Shown here: positions 44,390 through 55,500 of the stretch, in pieces | How positions within the stretch are numbered: position 1 is the stretch's first letter | How the letters are laid out: every line of letters starts with the position of its first letter | NCBI GenBank assembly: GCA_002269645.1 | Contig: NIVC01001617.1 | Coordinates: 3,737 to 67,736, forward strand | Direction: 5' to 3' | Length of the DNA: 64,000 nt | Origin: Macrostomum lignano | Lineage: Eukaryota | Notes under the pieces: generated by a model | What the model saw: the letters and a program-made list of their open reading frames with translations, nothing else | Database searches by the model: none | What the model was told of the DNA's origin: nothing | Translations under genes and position numbers: made by a program

Positions 44390-45904
44390 TCAGCAGGGGC
44401 GAAACAGCAGCCTGTGCTCGCCAGGCGTGCGCAAGCCAGAGATGAAGCCCTTCACTATTTTGGCCTCCTTGCCGACAAACTCCGGAGCCAGGGAGACCCG
44501 GTAGCGCTGCATGATGGCGGTGAACATGAGGAACACCTCCATTCGAGCCAGACCCTCTCCTGGGCATGCCCGTCGACCAATGAGAAAAGGGACGTTCTTG
44601 CCTGGGCCAGTGAAGACTCCCTTCTGGTCGAGGAAGTGCTCAGGATAAAACTCGTTCGGCTTCGACCAGATTCGGGGATCATGGTTGGAAATGTAAGCAC
44701 ACGGGAAAATGACAGCATCCTTTGGAATTCTGTACCCATTAAAGACGGCTTCGCTCTTCGCACGATGAAATGGGCCAACAACAGCTAGCGACACGAATCG
44801 ATAGGCCTCTTCAATTACTGCGTTTGTAAAGTGCAGCTTCGGCTTGTCCGATGTTTGCACTCGTCTGTCCGAGCCAACCTCTTGGTCAAGCTCGCTCTGC
44901 ACCTTGCTCTGGATGTCCGGGTGGGTTGCCATCAGGACGAAGAGCCACTCCAGAGATCGCGCTGTCGTGTCTGTGCCAGCCATGAAAAACTCGAGAATTA
45001 CTCGAATGATTTGCAGTTCCTTGTAGCTTTCAAAGTCGCCAAGCTTCTCAGCCTTCCGTTTCTCCTGAATGTACACATCGCAGAGGCACTCGGGCTCCAT
45101 AGATTCGTCAACCAAGATTGACTCGCGGATGTGGATCTGCTCGCGAATGAACTCGTGGAATTCGAGGACAAGCTGAATGAACTTGTCTGCTGAAGGCAAA
45201 ATGCGCGTAATCGGGTCCAAGTAAGGAAACAGAAGCGGCAGCGAAAGAAACAGGGGTGTCTCGAAGAACGATTTTATTGCTCTGTTGAGAAATTTAAATT
45301 CGGCCTCGTCCTGCTTGAAGCGACGGTTGATAGTGAGTTGCGCGATGACCCCGTTCGTTGCCTCTGTGAACGCGTCAATAACTCGCAGGCTCTGCTTCTC
45401 CTCGACGGATTTCTCAAGAAGCTGGAAGATGAGGTCAAGCTGTACGTCGACCATCTCAGCAGATCGAGTTCTAGCGAATCCGAAGTCTCGTAGACTCTTC
45501 AGAGCAAGCCGGCGCTGCCGGGTCCATGATTCGCCCTCCGTGTTGAAAATACCGCATCCCTGAATCAGCCGTTCCAGGAACGGTGGCCTGGGCCGAGCCG
45601 CATAGTTGTCGTCATTCATCATTTCCTTGAGCATGTCGTAGTTGCCGATGGCGATCATCAGCTGCGAACCCATTCGAAACGAGATGATGTCACCGTATTT
45701 GTTAACCATCTGCTCGATGCAAAGGTGCAATTGACTTGGGTGAAGCCATGGCAAACGGCCCACAACAGGCAGTCCGATGGGACCAGGAGGTAGATCTCTC
45801 GACCGGTACCACTGGTAGGCTCCGTAACAACCAAGCAGTGCAACAGGCATGCCGATGCCGAGGGCCATCTTGTTGTCCATACTAGACGACAGTAGGTGAG
45901 CCAT
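44390..45904 (-). CDS. Cytochrome P450, clan-2-like, intronless (504 aa)
   Basis: LPPGPIGLP, WTRQRR, AGTDTT, EAYR, FYPEHF, FLIGRRACPG; ATG at 45904 aligns with the paralog starts. Confidence 0.96.
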   Translation of the reverse strand: MAHLLSSSMDNKMALGIGMPVALLGCYGAYQWYRSRDLPPGPIGLPVVGRLPWLHPSQLHLCIEQMVNKYGDIISFRMGSQLMIAIGNYDMLKEMMNDDNYAARPRPPFLERLIQGCGIFNTEGESWTRQRRLALKSLRDFGFARTRSAEMVDVQLDLIFQLLEKSVEEKQSLRVIDAFTEATNGVIAQLTINRRFKQDEAEFKFLNRAIKSFFETPLFLSLPLLFPYLDPITRILPSADKFIQLVLEFHEFIREQIHIRESILVDESMEPECLCDVYIQEKRKAEKLGDFESYKELQIIRVILEFFMAGTDTTARSLEWLFVLMATHPDIQSKVQSELDQEVGSDRRVQTSDKPKLHFTNAVIEEAYRFVSLAVVGPFHRAKSEAVFNGYRIPKDAVIFPCAYISNHDPRIWSKPNEFYPEHFLDQKGVFTGPGKNVPFLIGRRACPGEGLARMEVFLMFTAIMQRYRVSLAPEFVGKEAKIVKGFISGLRTPGEHRLLFRPC

Positions 45905-46415
45905 TGTTGACCACGTTGAGTGACTTTCAAGCTGCTTCACCGAGTCAGCAAATATCAATAGTTAATTTGTGTTTTTTTCGGAGCAGCAGTCTGTTTTTTA
46001 TTCAGCCAGTGGCGGTGCTTGACTTAGCCCCAGCCCACCCTGCGAGGGACGCCCGTCTCAGTCTGTCCTGCCACTGCATTCATTGGAGGGTTGAATGCCC
46101 ACTTGCGTACAGCAACTTTTCCCCGGTATCAGAATGCATGCACACTGTCCATTCGTGTACAGCGCAAACCGTACAGTCAACTGCTGCGGGCCGTGGCAAG
46201 ATTATTGTGTACTTTTATTTCTCTACCAATTAACAACAGCTAAATGTTCATTACTATCTCTCTCTTCATTCATATTCATAGCATCGATAATATTTACGCC
46301 ATCGTTATTGCTAGCTTGTATGAAAAAATTATTTACCTAGTCTCACGATTGTAATGATTCACTAACCGCATGATTATTTGCATGCTGCGGGAAAATTCGT
46401 TCACTCGGTCATCTG

Positions 46416-47320
46416 GGGCCCGTGCTATAGAATCAGGAGTTAGAAGTTAGGAGCTAGGACTCAAGAGTACTCTTGACAAGGAGTGATTGAATTTTGTGTG
46501 CTATAGATTTCAGGAGTTAAGAGTTTGGAGCTAGGAGTTCTTGCAAGGAGTGCAGCCTAGGAGTTGGGGTGTGTTCAAGGAGTGTTGCGCAATCGTTTAA
46601 GGATGATAGAGAATTGTGTGCTATATCACAATCTAACTTTACGGTCCTTAAGGATTGAATCTCAGGAGTGAAAATGCAAATTGCTCAAAAAATATCATTT
46701 GTGAGAGCTGTCGCTGCACGCAAAGAGGTTCTCTTTGGTGCGTTTAGTACAACCATAACTAAGAATGCGAAGATTGCTATGTGGCAAGACGTGATATTGG
46801 AATGCCGTGAAAAGTTTGGTACTAAGATGTTCGATTCTGTGTCGAATTCTATCTGTTAGGCTTGAAAGCTGGATCTCGTTAAGTCTAAAACGCATAGCGC
46901 TCTCGGCTGGATCTTCCGAGATCGGCTGGTCTATCATTGACTCCTTCCTCATCAGAATCCGATTCGCTGTCCGAAAACATTATAATCCTAGCTTGTCTAA
47001 GATTGAAAATTGGCCCTTGAACTCTTGCTTAGGAGTCAAGAGTTAGGAGCGAAATTTTCTCATTCTTTAGGACACGCGCTCCTAGAATGACTCCTAAAAG
47101 CCAACTCCTAGCTCCTAGCTCCTAGACTTCCTCTCCTAATTCTATAGCATGCCACGGACCTTAATGAGGTCTCCTAAATTCACCCAGGAGTCTCCTAACG
47201 TCCTTAAGGAGCCTCCTAGCTCTTAAAATTTACTCTTGATTCTATAGCACAGAAAAGCCAGCTAGGAGTTAGGACACTCTTAAGGATTTAGGAGTTAAGA
47301 GTATTCTATAGCACGGGCCC
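46416..47320 (+). mobile_element. Non-autonomous PIF/Harbinger-type DNA transposon (905 bp) carrying a Myb/SANT-like fragment
   Basis: 18-bp perfect TIRs GGGCCCGTGCTATAGAAT (46416-46433) and ATTCTATAGCACGGGCCC (47303-47320), 3-bp TSD CTG on both sides, subterminal GGAGTTAG/CTAGCTCC repeats in opposite orientation; internal ORF with RKEVLFGAFSTTITKNAKIAMWQDV resembles the Harbinger Myb/SANT protein. Confidence 0.82.
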
Positions 47321-48595
47321 CTGCATAAGCGTGTTTAAGTATTCTCAGCAGCATTGAAAAGTCGCCACTCTATGCGCCAGTGAGCGATTTCTGTTGGACT
47401 GTTCTGAAATAAAAGATACGAGAAAACTGATCGAGGTAGCTTTAGTCCGTCCAACCCTCGCACACCGCTCCCCCACTCCATTCCTCAACTCAAGTCTGCC
47501 GCGGCGTAGCTGAGTTGCGTCACTCGCAACATTGAGAGAGACTTTCCCTGCACTCTCAAAAGTAACGACCACAGACGGTCCAATCCTCTGCGATCTTCGG
47601 CGTTGCTGAAATGGCATGGCAGCTATGACCTCAACTATGATTCTTCTCAAATTCGTCTTGTCAAATTGTCTAGAACGGAAGTTGCCTAATGATATTAAAA
47701 TTGCGTTGCATTACTCCTTTATACATTTTGTATCTCTTACGTCTGTCGAATCATAAAATCATGAGCAGGTTACGTAACTTTCTTTTCTTTGGAAACATGA
47801 GCAGCTACGAGCATATCTTTCAATAGGTGGCAAACAATTAAGGCTTTTGAAGTTGGCATCAAACTTTGCTTTATGTTTATTTTTGCTTCTAATGCCTGCG
47901 CCCACACGTTGGCTTCAGATGGGGCCTCAGCTCTCCTCGCACAGTTTGTACACTTTCGAGTACTGAGCAAATGAGACAGCCTTCTCTCCTACTGATTGTC
48001 TTATCTCAATGAGACACTGGCCTCGACTGTGCCACGATGGCAGTGCCAGCGTGGAGGCCCAGGCCAAGAGTGCATGCTTTGACATTTTCTGAACCTATAG
48101 CACTCACCTAGGTCGTACTTTCAGCCGTTGCCCTCATTTGGCAAGCAGCTTTCAGCTTTCCCACATGCAGCTGCGTGAAGCCAAGTAAAGTTAAATCACT
48201 TTGCAAAACAAGAGAGAAAGCGTTAGAATATATACCGTAGTTGTTATCATTTATTCGGTTTTCGAGATAAGTAAAAGTAATGTTAAATAGCTTTTACAAT
48301 TAAAATCAGTTGGTAAAGCTCCATACTGTTATTAATAGTTTTACTAATCACAGTGTATGATTCCTAGTGCAAGCGGGGCACCTTGATGGCCCGCATCAGT
48401 ATTTCAGCACAAGATTCAGTGTTCGTATCGCGATACACAGCGTAGAATCATTTTTTATTGAGTCCCATCTTACGAGACTTAACGCAAAAAGGCTTGATTG
48501 TAATTTTAAACATAAAATCTAAATAGAAGCAGGACCGAAAATCTTTAAAAAGTCCATATGAATTGGTCATCAGCACGATGCAGCCTGTCCAATCT

Positions 48596-50107
48596 TCATC
48601 GCCGTTCGAAAACAAGTTTGTGCTCCCCTGGCTTTCGCAGTATCCCAAGAGATCCTTTGAGAATCTCAGCTTCTCTGCCGACGAACTCCGGAGCCAGGGA
48701 GACCCGGTAGCGCTGCATGATGGCGGTGAACATGAGGAACACCTCCATTCGAGCCAGACCCTCTCCTGCGCAAGCTCGTCGACCAATGAGAAAAGGAACG
48801 TTCTTGCCTGGGCCAGTGAAGACTCCCTTCTGGTCGAGGAAGTGCTCAGGATAAAACTCGTCCGGCTTCGCCCAGACTCGAGGATCGTGGTTGGAAGCAT
48901 ACACGCAGGGTATGATGATCGTATCCTCGGGAATTCTGTATCCATGGAAGACGGCTTCGCTCTGTGCGCGATGGAAGGCTCCGACAGCGGCGAGAGAGAG
49001 AAACCGGTAAGCCTCCTCAATGACAGCAGTGGTAAAGTTCAGGCTGGGCTTATCTGACGTCTGGGTGCGTCTGTCCGAGCCAACCTCTTTGTCAAGCTCG
49101 CTGTGCACCTTCTTCTGGATGGCTGGGTGCATTGACATCAATATGAAGAGCCACTCTAAAGAACGCGCAGTAGTGTCAGTTCCAGCCAGGAAGAACTCCA
49201 GAACAACTCTGACGATCTGAAGTTCTCGAAACGTTTCAAAGTCGCCAATTTTTTCGGCCTTTCTCTTTTCTTGGATGTACACGTCGCAAAGACACTCCGG
49301 CTCCATCGAATCGTCGATCAAGATGGACTCCCGAATCCGGATCTGCTCACGTATGAACACGTGCAGTTTCAGCATTAGGTTTGTAAAAATATTTGTTGCT
49401 GGCATTAGTTGAACAAAAATATTCATCCATGGAAAGAACAGCGGCAGATTAACAACCACTGGGGTGTCAAAAAAGGTTTTGAGTGCTGTATTAAAAAACT
49501 CGAATTCCTTCTCATCTCTTCTGAAGCGTCGGTTGAGAGTGAGTTGCGCGATGACCCCGTTCGTTGCCTCTGTGAACGCTTCGAGAACTCGCAGGCTCTG
49601 CTTCTCCTCGATGGATTTCTCAAGAAGCTGGAAGATGATGTCAAGCTGAACGTCAACCATCTCAGCAGACCGAGTTCTAGCGAATCCGAAGTCTCGTAGA
49701 CTCTTCAGAGCAAGCCGGCGCTGTTGAGTCCACATTTCTCCCTCGGAAAGGAATATTCCACATCCTTCAGTCACACGCTTGAGGAATGGCGCATTCGGTT
49801 TTCCAGTAAAGGTGTCGTCATTCAGCATCTTCTTTAGGAGTTCATAGTTACAAACTGCTACCATTAGCTGGGATCCCATTCGAAACGAAATCACGTCGCC
49901 GTACTTTTTTGACATTTGTTCGACGCATAGGTGCAACTGATTCGGATCTAGCCATGGCAATCGACCAACGATGGGAAGCCCGATAGGACCTGGCGGTAGA
50001 TCTCTTGACCGGTACCATTGATAGGCCCCGTAGCAACCAAGCAGTGCAACAGGGAGACCGATGCTGAGGGCCGTCTTGTTGTCAATACTCGACAGCAGGT
50101 GCGTCAT
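48596..50107 (-). CDS. Cytochrome P450, clan-2-like, intronless (503 aa)
   Basis: LPPGPIGLP, WTQQRR, AGTDTT, EAYR, FYPEHF, FLIGRRACAG. Confidence 0.96.
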   Translation of the reverse strand: MTHLLSSIDNKTALSIGLPVALLGCYGAYQWYRSRDLPPGPIGLPIVGRLPWLDPNQLHLCVEQMSKKYGDVISFRMGSQLMVAVCNYELLKKMLNDDTFTGKPNAPFLKRVTEGCGIFLSEGEMWTQQRRLALKSLRDFGFARTRSAEMVDVQLDIIFQLLEKSIEEKQSLRVLEAFTEATNGVIAQLTLNRRFRRDEKEFEFFNTALKTFFDTPVVVNLPLFFPWMNIFVQLMPATNIFTNLMLKLHVFIREQIRIRESILIDDSMEPECLCDVYIQEKRKAEKIGDFETFRELQIVRVVLEFFLAGTDTTARSLEWLFILMSMHPAIQKKVHSELDKEVGSDRRTQTSDKPSLNFTTAVIEEAYRFLSLAAVGAFHRAQSEAVFHGYRIPEDTIIIPCVYASNHDPRVWAKPDEFYPEHFLDQKGVFTGPGKNVPFLIGRRACAGEGLARMEVFLMFTAIMQRYRVSLAPEFVGREAEILKGSLGILRKPGEHKLVFERR

Positions 50108-51071
50108 TTTGATCTGATGTACACGATTTGCGATAGACAGGTAGACTTACACGGGAAGCTACGAAGTATTCGTATTTCTAGACTCAATGCCAAATCTGGT
50201 GTTCACCTTTGTTCAGGCAGGTAGAGGTTTTTGGTAAACCCTTAAACAATTCTATCGGGCTAAAAGAGTTTCTGCAACTTTTTCTGCACTCTTCCAAATT
50301 GCACGCATTGAATTACGAACACACGCGCCTCACAACAATTTATTAAAACTACGAAATACGGCTGCATGCTTGGCGTGGCCAACCACTGACCGCTCGAATG
50401 CATATTTGTCAGCTGAAACTATTTTTAACTCGTATTCGTCACGTGATAAATTTGTCTCAGCTTTTGCTCTGGGTTCGGTAAATTACTGGTAGCTAGCATT
50501 TTCTCTGTCTTTCTGCTCGCAGGTGCACAACATTTAATGAAACTTGACAAGCTTTAAACGTTGTAATGTAAAGCGAGGCAAGAACCCCCAAACTCTATAG
50601 CTTTTAACTAAAATGGCTGCATGAAAATAAAGCTGCTGACCAAGTGTGAGTATGAACACTGTCACCTTGTAGTGTACGCCCCCTCTAGGCCTTTTCTCTT
50701 CTCTCTCGACCTACCACTAGCACTGGCCCCAACAACTATTGCGTTACTTTGTAGTCGCACGTCCCCAATGGCTAAATAATAAATCAAATATATAGTCCGC
50801 GAGACCATGCTTGTTTACGCGCACAAGTGCACTACACACCTGGACTAAGAAAATGCGTGTTTTCAACTGGTATACGAGCTATAAGATTGGGGATAGGCAA
50901 AAGAAAGAGCACCCATTCGGATCTATCTGGATGTTTCTCTTAACTTGTCATCAAACACGACCCAATCGCAGTCTTTGATTGATCGCACAACAGCACTTAG
51001 CAGCTCGTATTGGACTGCCAGTGGCACTTATAGAATGTGGCGGTTACAGATGATACAACAAGAGGAATCTT

Positions 51072-52425
51072 CTGAGGGTGTCGCTAGCTGAGGGTGTCGC
51101 TAGCTGAGGGAGTCGCTAGCTGAGGGTGTCGCTAGCTGAGGGTGTCGCTAGCTGAGGGAGTCGCTAGCTGAGGGAGTCACTAGCTGAGGGAGTCGCTAGC
51201 TGAGGGAGTCGCTAGCTGAGGGAGTCGCTAGCTGAGGGAGTCGCTAGCTGAGGGAGTCGCTAGCTGAGGGTGTCACTAGCTGAGGGTGTCACTAGCTGAG
51301 GGAGTCGCTAGCTGAGGGAGTCGCTAGCTGAGGGAGTCGCTAGCTGAGGGAGTCACTAGCTGAGGGTGTCACTAGCTGAGGGTGTCACTAGCTGAGGGTG
51401 TCACTAGCTGAGGGAGTCGCTAGCTGCGGGAGTCGCTAGCTGAGGGAGTCGCTAGCTGAGGGAGTCGCTAGCTGAGGGAGTCGCTAGCTGAGGGAGTCGC
51501 TAGCTGAGGGAGTCGCTAGCTGAGGGAGTCGCTAGCTGAGGGAGTCACTAGCTGAGGGAGTCGCTAGCTGAGGGAGTCGCTAGCTGAGGGAGTCGCTAGC
51601 TGAGGGAGTCGCTAGCTGAGGGAGTCGCTAGCTGAGGGAGTCGCTAGCTGAGGGAGTCGCTAGCTGAGGGAGTCGCTAGCTGAGGGAGTCGCTAGCTGAG
51701 GGAGTCGCTAGCTGAGGGAGTCGCTAGCTGAGGGAGTCGCTAGCTGAGGGAGTCGCTAGCTGAGGGAGTCGCTAGCTGAGGGAGTCGCTAGCTGAGGGAG
51801 TCGCTAGCTGAGGGAGTCACTAGCTGAGGGAGTCGCTAGCTGAGGGTGTCGCTAGCTGAGGGAGTCGCTAGCTGAGGGAGTCGCTAGCTGAGGGAGTCGC
51901 TAGCTGAGGGAGTCGCTAGCTGAGGGAGTCGCTAGCTGAGGGAGTCGCTAGCTGAGGGAGTCGCTAGCTGAGGGTGTCGCTAGCTGAGGGAGTCGCTAGC
52001 TGAGGGAGTCGCTAGCTGAGGGTGTCGCTAGCTGAGGGAGTCGCTAGCTGAGGGAGTCGCTAGCTGAGGGTGTCGCTAGCTGAGGGAGTCGCTAGCTGAG
52101 GGAGTCACTAGCTGAGGGAGTCGCTAGCTGAGGGTGTCACTAGCTGAGGGAGTCGCTAGCTGAGGGAGTTGCTAGCTGAGGAAGTCGCTAGCTGAGGGAG
52201 TCGCTAGCTGAGGGAGTCGCTAGCTGAGGGTGTCACTAGCTGAGGGAGTCGCTAGCTGAGGGAGTCGCTAGCTGAGGGAGTCGCTAGCTGAGGGTGTCAC
52301 TAGCTGATCGTGTCACTAGCTGAGGGAGTCGCTAGCTGAGGGTGTCGCTAGCTGAGGGAGTCGCTAGCTGAGGGAGTCGCTAGCTGAGGGTGTCACTAGC
52401 TGAGTGTCACTAGCTGAGGGGTCGC
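51072..52425. repeat. 16-bp minisatellite (CTGAGGG(A/T)GTC(G/A)CTAG), about 84 copies
   Basis: Seen directly. Confidence 0.97.
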
Positions 52426-52563
52426 AGGCTGAGTTAGCCATAAGAGCATTCACAGGCAGCATCTAAAATTGTTATTATTTCTTATACGAAGTTCCCCAAA
52501 AAAGTTATTCTACATATCCATTTAATATGAACAGGGAAGTTATACCTTCTGCTTCTGTAAAAA

Positions 52564-55500
52564 CTATGATTCCAGTCTCGATAGACTCTTCTATGACTAA
52601 GATTCCAGTCTCTATAGACTCTTCTATGACTAAGATTCCAGTCTCGATAGACTCTTCTATGACTAAGATTCCAGTCTCGATAGACTCTTCTATGACTAAG
52701 ATTCCAGTCTCGATAGACTCTTCTATGACTAAGATTCCAGTCTCGATAGACTCTTCTATGACTAAGATTCCAGTCTCGATAGACTCTTCTATGATGATTC
52801 CAGTCCCGATAGACTCTTCTATGATGATTTCAGTCTCGATAGACTCTTCTATGACTATGATTCCAGTCTCGATAGACTCTTCTATGACTATGATTCCAGT
52901 CTCGATAGACTCTTCTATGATGATTCCAGTCTCGATAGACTCTTCTATGACTATGATTCCAGTCTCGATAGACTCTTCTATGACTAAGATTCCAGTCTCG
53001 ATAGACTCTTCTATGACTATGATTCCAGTCTCGATAGACTCTTCTATGACTATGATTCCAGTCTCGATAGACTCTTCTATGACTATGATTCCAGTCTCGA
53101 TAGACTCTTCTATGACTATGATTCCAGTCTCGATAGACTCTTCTATGACTATGATTCCAGTCTCGATAGACTCTTCTATGACTATGATTCCAGTCTCGAT
53201 AGACTCTTCTATGATGATTTCAGTCTCGATAGACTCTTCTATGATGATTCCAGTCTCGATAGACTCTTCTATGACTAAGATTTCAGTCTCGATAGACTCT
53301 TCTATGACTAAGATTTCAGTCTCGATAGACTCTTCTATGACTAAGATTCCAGTCTCGATAGACTCTTCTATGACTAAGATTCCAGTCTCGATAGACTCTT
53401 CTATGATGATTTCAGTCTCGATAGACTCTTCTATGACTATGATTCCAGTCTCGATAGACTCTTCTATGACTAAGATTCCAGTCTCGATAGACTCTTCTAT
53501 GACTATGATTCCAGTCTCGATAGACTCTTCTATGACTATGATTTCAGTCTCGATAGACTCTTCTATGACTATGATTCCAGTCTCGATAGACTCTTCTATG
53601 ACTATGATTCCAGTCTCGATAGACTCTTCTATGATGATTTCAGTCTCGATAGACTCTTCTATGACTATGATTTCAGTCTCGATAGACTCTTCTATGACTA
53701 AGATTCCAGTCTCGATAGACTCTTCTATGATGATTCCAGTCTCGATAGACTCTTCTATGATGATTTCAGTCTCGATAGACTCTTCTATGACTAAGATTCC
53801 AGTCTCGATAGACTCTTCTATGATGATTTCAGTCTCGATAGACTCTTCTATGACTATGATTCCAGTCTCGATAGACTCTTCTATGACTATGATTCCAGTC
53901 TCGATAGACTCTTCTATGACTATGATTTCAGTCTCGATAGACTCTTCTATGACTATGATTCCAGTCTCGATAGACTCTTCTATGACTATGATTTCAGTCT
54001 CGATAGACTCTTCTATGACTATGATTCCAGTCTCGATAGACTCTTCTATGACTATGATTCCAGTCTCGATAGACTCTTCTATGATGATTCCAGTCTCGAT
54101 AGACTCTTCTATGATGATTTCAGTCTCGATAGACTCTTCTATGACTAAGATTCCAGTCTCGATAGACTCTTCTATGATGATTTCAGTCTCGATAGACTCT
54201 TCTATGACTATGATTCCAGTCTCGATAGACTCTTCTATGACTAAGATTCCAGTCTCGATAGACTCTTCTATGATGATTTCAGTCTCGATAGACTCTTCTA
54301 TGACTATGATTCCAGTCTCGATAGACTCTTCTATGACTATGATTCCAGTCTCGATAGACTCTTCTATGACTAAGATTCCAGTCTCGATAGACTCTTCTAT
54401 GATGATTTCAGTCTCGATAGACTCTTCTATGACTATGATTCCAGTCTCGATAGACTCTTCTATGACTATGATTCCAGTCTCGATAGACTCTTCTATGACT
54501 ACGATTCCAGTCTCTATAGACTATTCTATGACTAAGATTCCAGTCTCGATAGACTCTTCTATGACTATGATTCCAGTCTCGATAGACTCTTCTATGACTA
54601 TGATTCCAGTCTCGATAGACTCTTCTATGATGATTTCAGTCTCGATAGACTCTTCTATGACTATGATTCCAGTCTCGATAGACTCTTCTATGACTATGAT
54701 TCCAGTCTCGATAGACTCTTCTATGACTAAGATTCCAGTCTCGATAGACTCTTCTATGACTATGATTCCAGTCTCGATAGACTCTTCTATGACTAAGATT
54801 CCAGTCTCGATAGACTCTTCTATGATGATTTCAGTCTCGATAGACTCTTCTATGACTAAGATTCCAGTCTCGATAGACTCTTCTATGATGATTCCAGTCT
54901 CGATAGACTCTTCTATGACTATGATTCCAGTCTCGATAGACTCTTCTATGACTAAGATTCCAGTCTCGATAGACTCTACTATGATGATTTCAGTCTCGAT
55001 AGACTCTTCTATGACTATGATTCCAGTCTCGATAGACTCTTCTATGATGATTTCAGTCTCGATAGACTCTTCTATGACTATGATTCCAGTCTCGATAGAC
55101 TCTTCTATGACTATGATTCCAGTCTCGATAGACTCTTCTATGATGATTCCAGTCTCGATAGACTCTTCTATGACTAAGATTCCAGTCTCGATAGACTCTT
55201 CTATGACTATGATTCCAGTCTCGATAGACTCTTCTATGACTATGATTCCAGTCTCGATAGACTCTTCTATGATGATTTCAGTCTCGATAGACTCTTCTAT
55301 GACTATGATTCCAGTCTCGATAGACTCTTCTATGATGATTTCAGTCTCGATAGACTCTTCTATGATGATTCCAGTCTCGATAGACTCTTCTATGACTATG
55401 ATTCCAGTCTCGATAGACTCTTCTATGACTAAGATTCCAGTCTCGATAGACTCTTCTATGACTAAGATTCCAGTCTCGATAGACTCTTCTATGACTAAGA

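Noticed and set aside
47345-47970. Minus-strand ORFs of 101 and 66 aa between the P450s
   Set aside because: Non-ATG starts, no motifs, no supporting splice signals.
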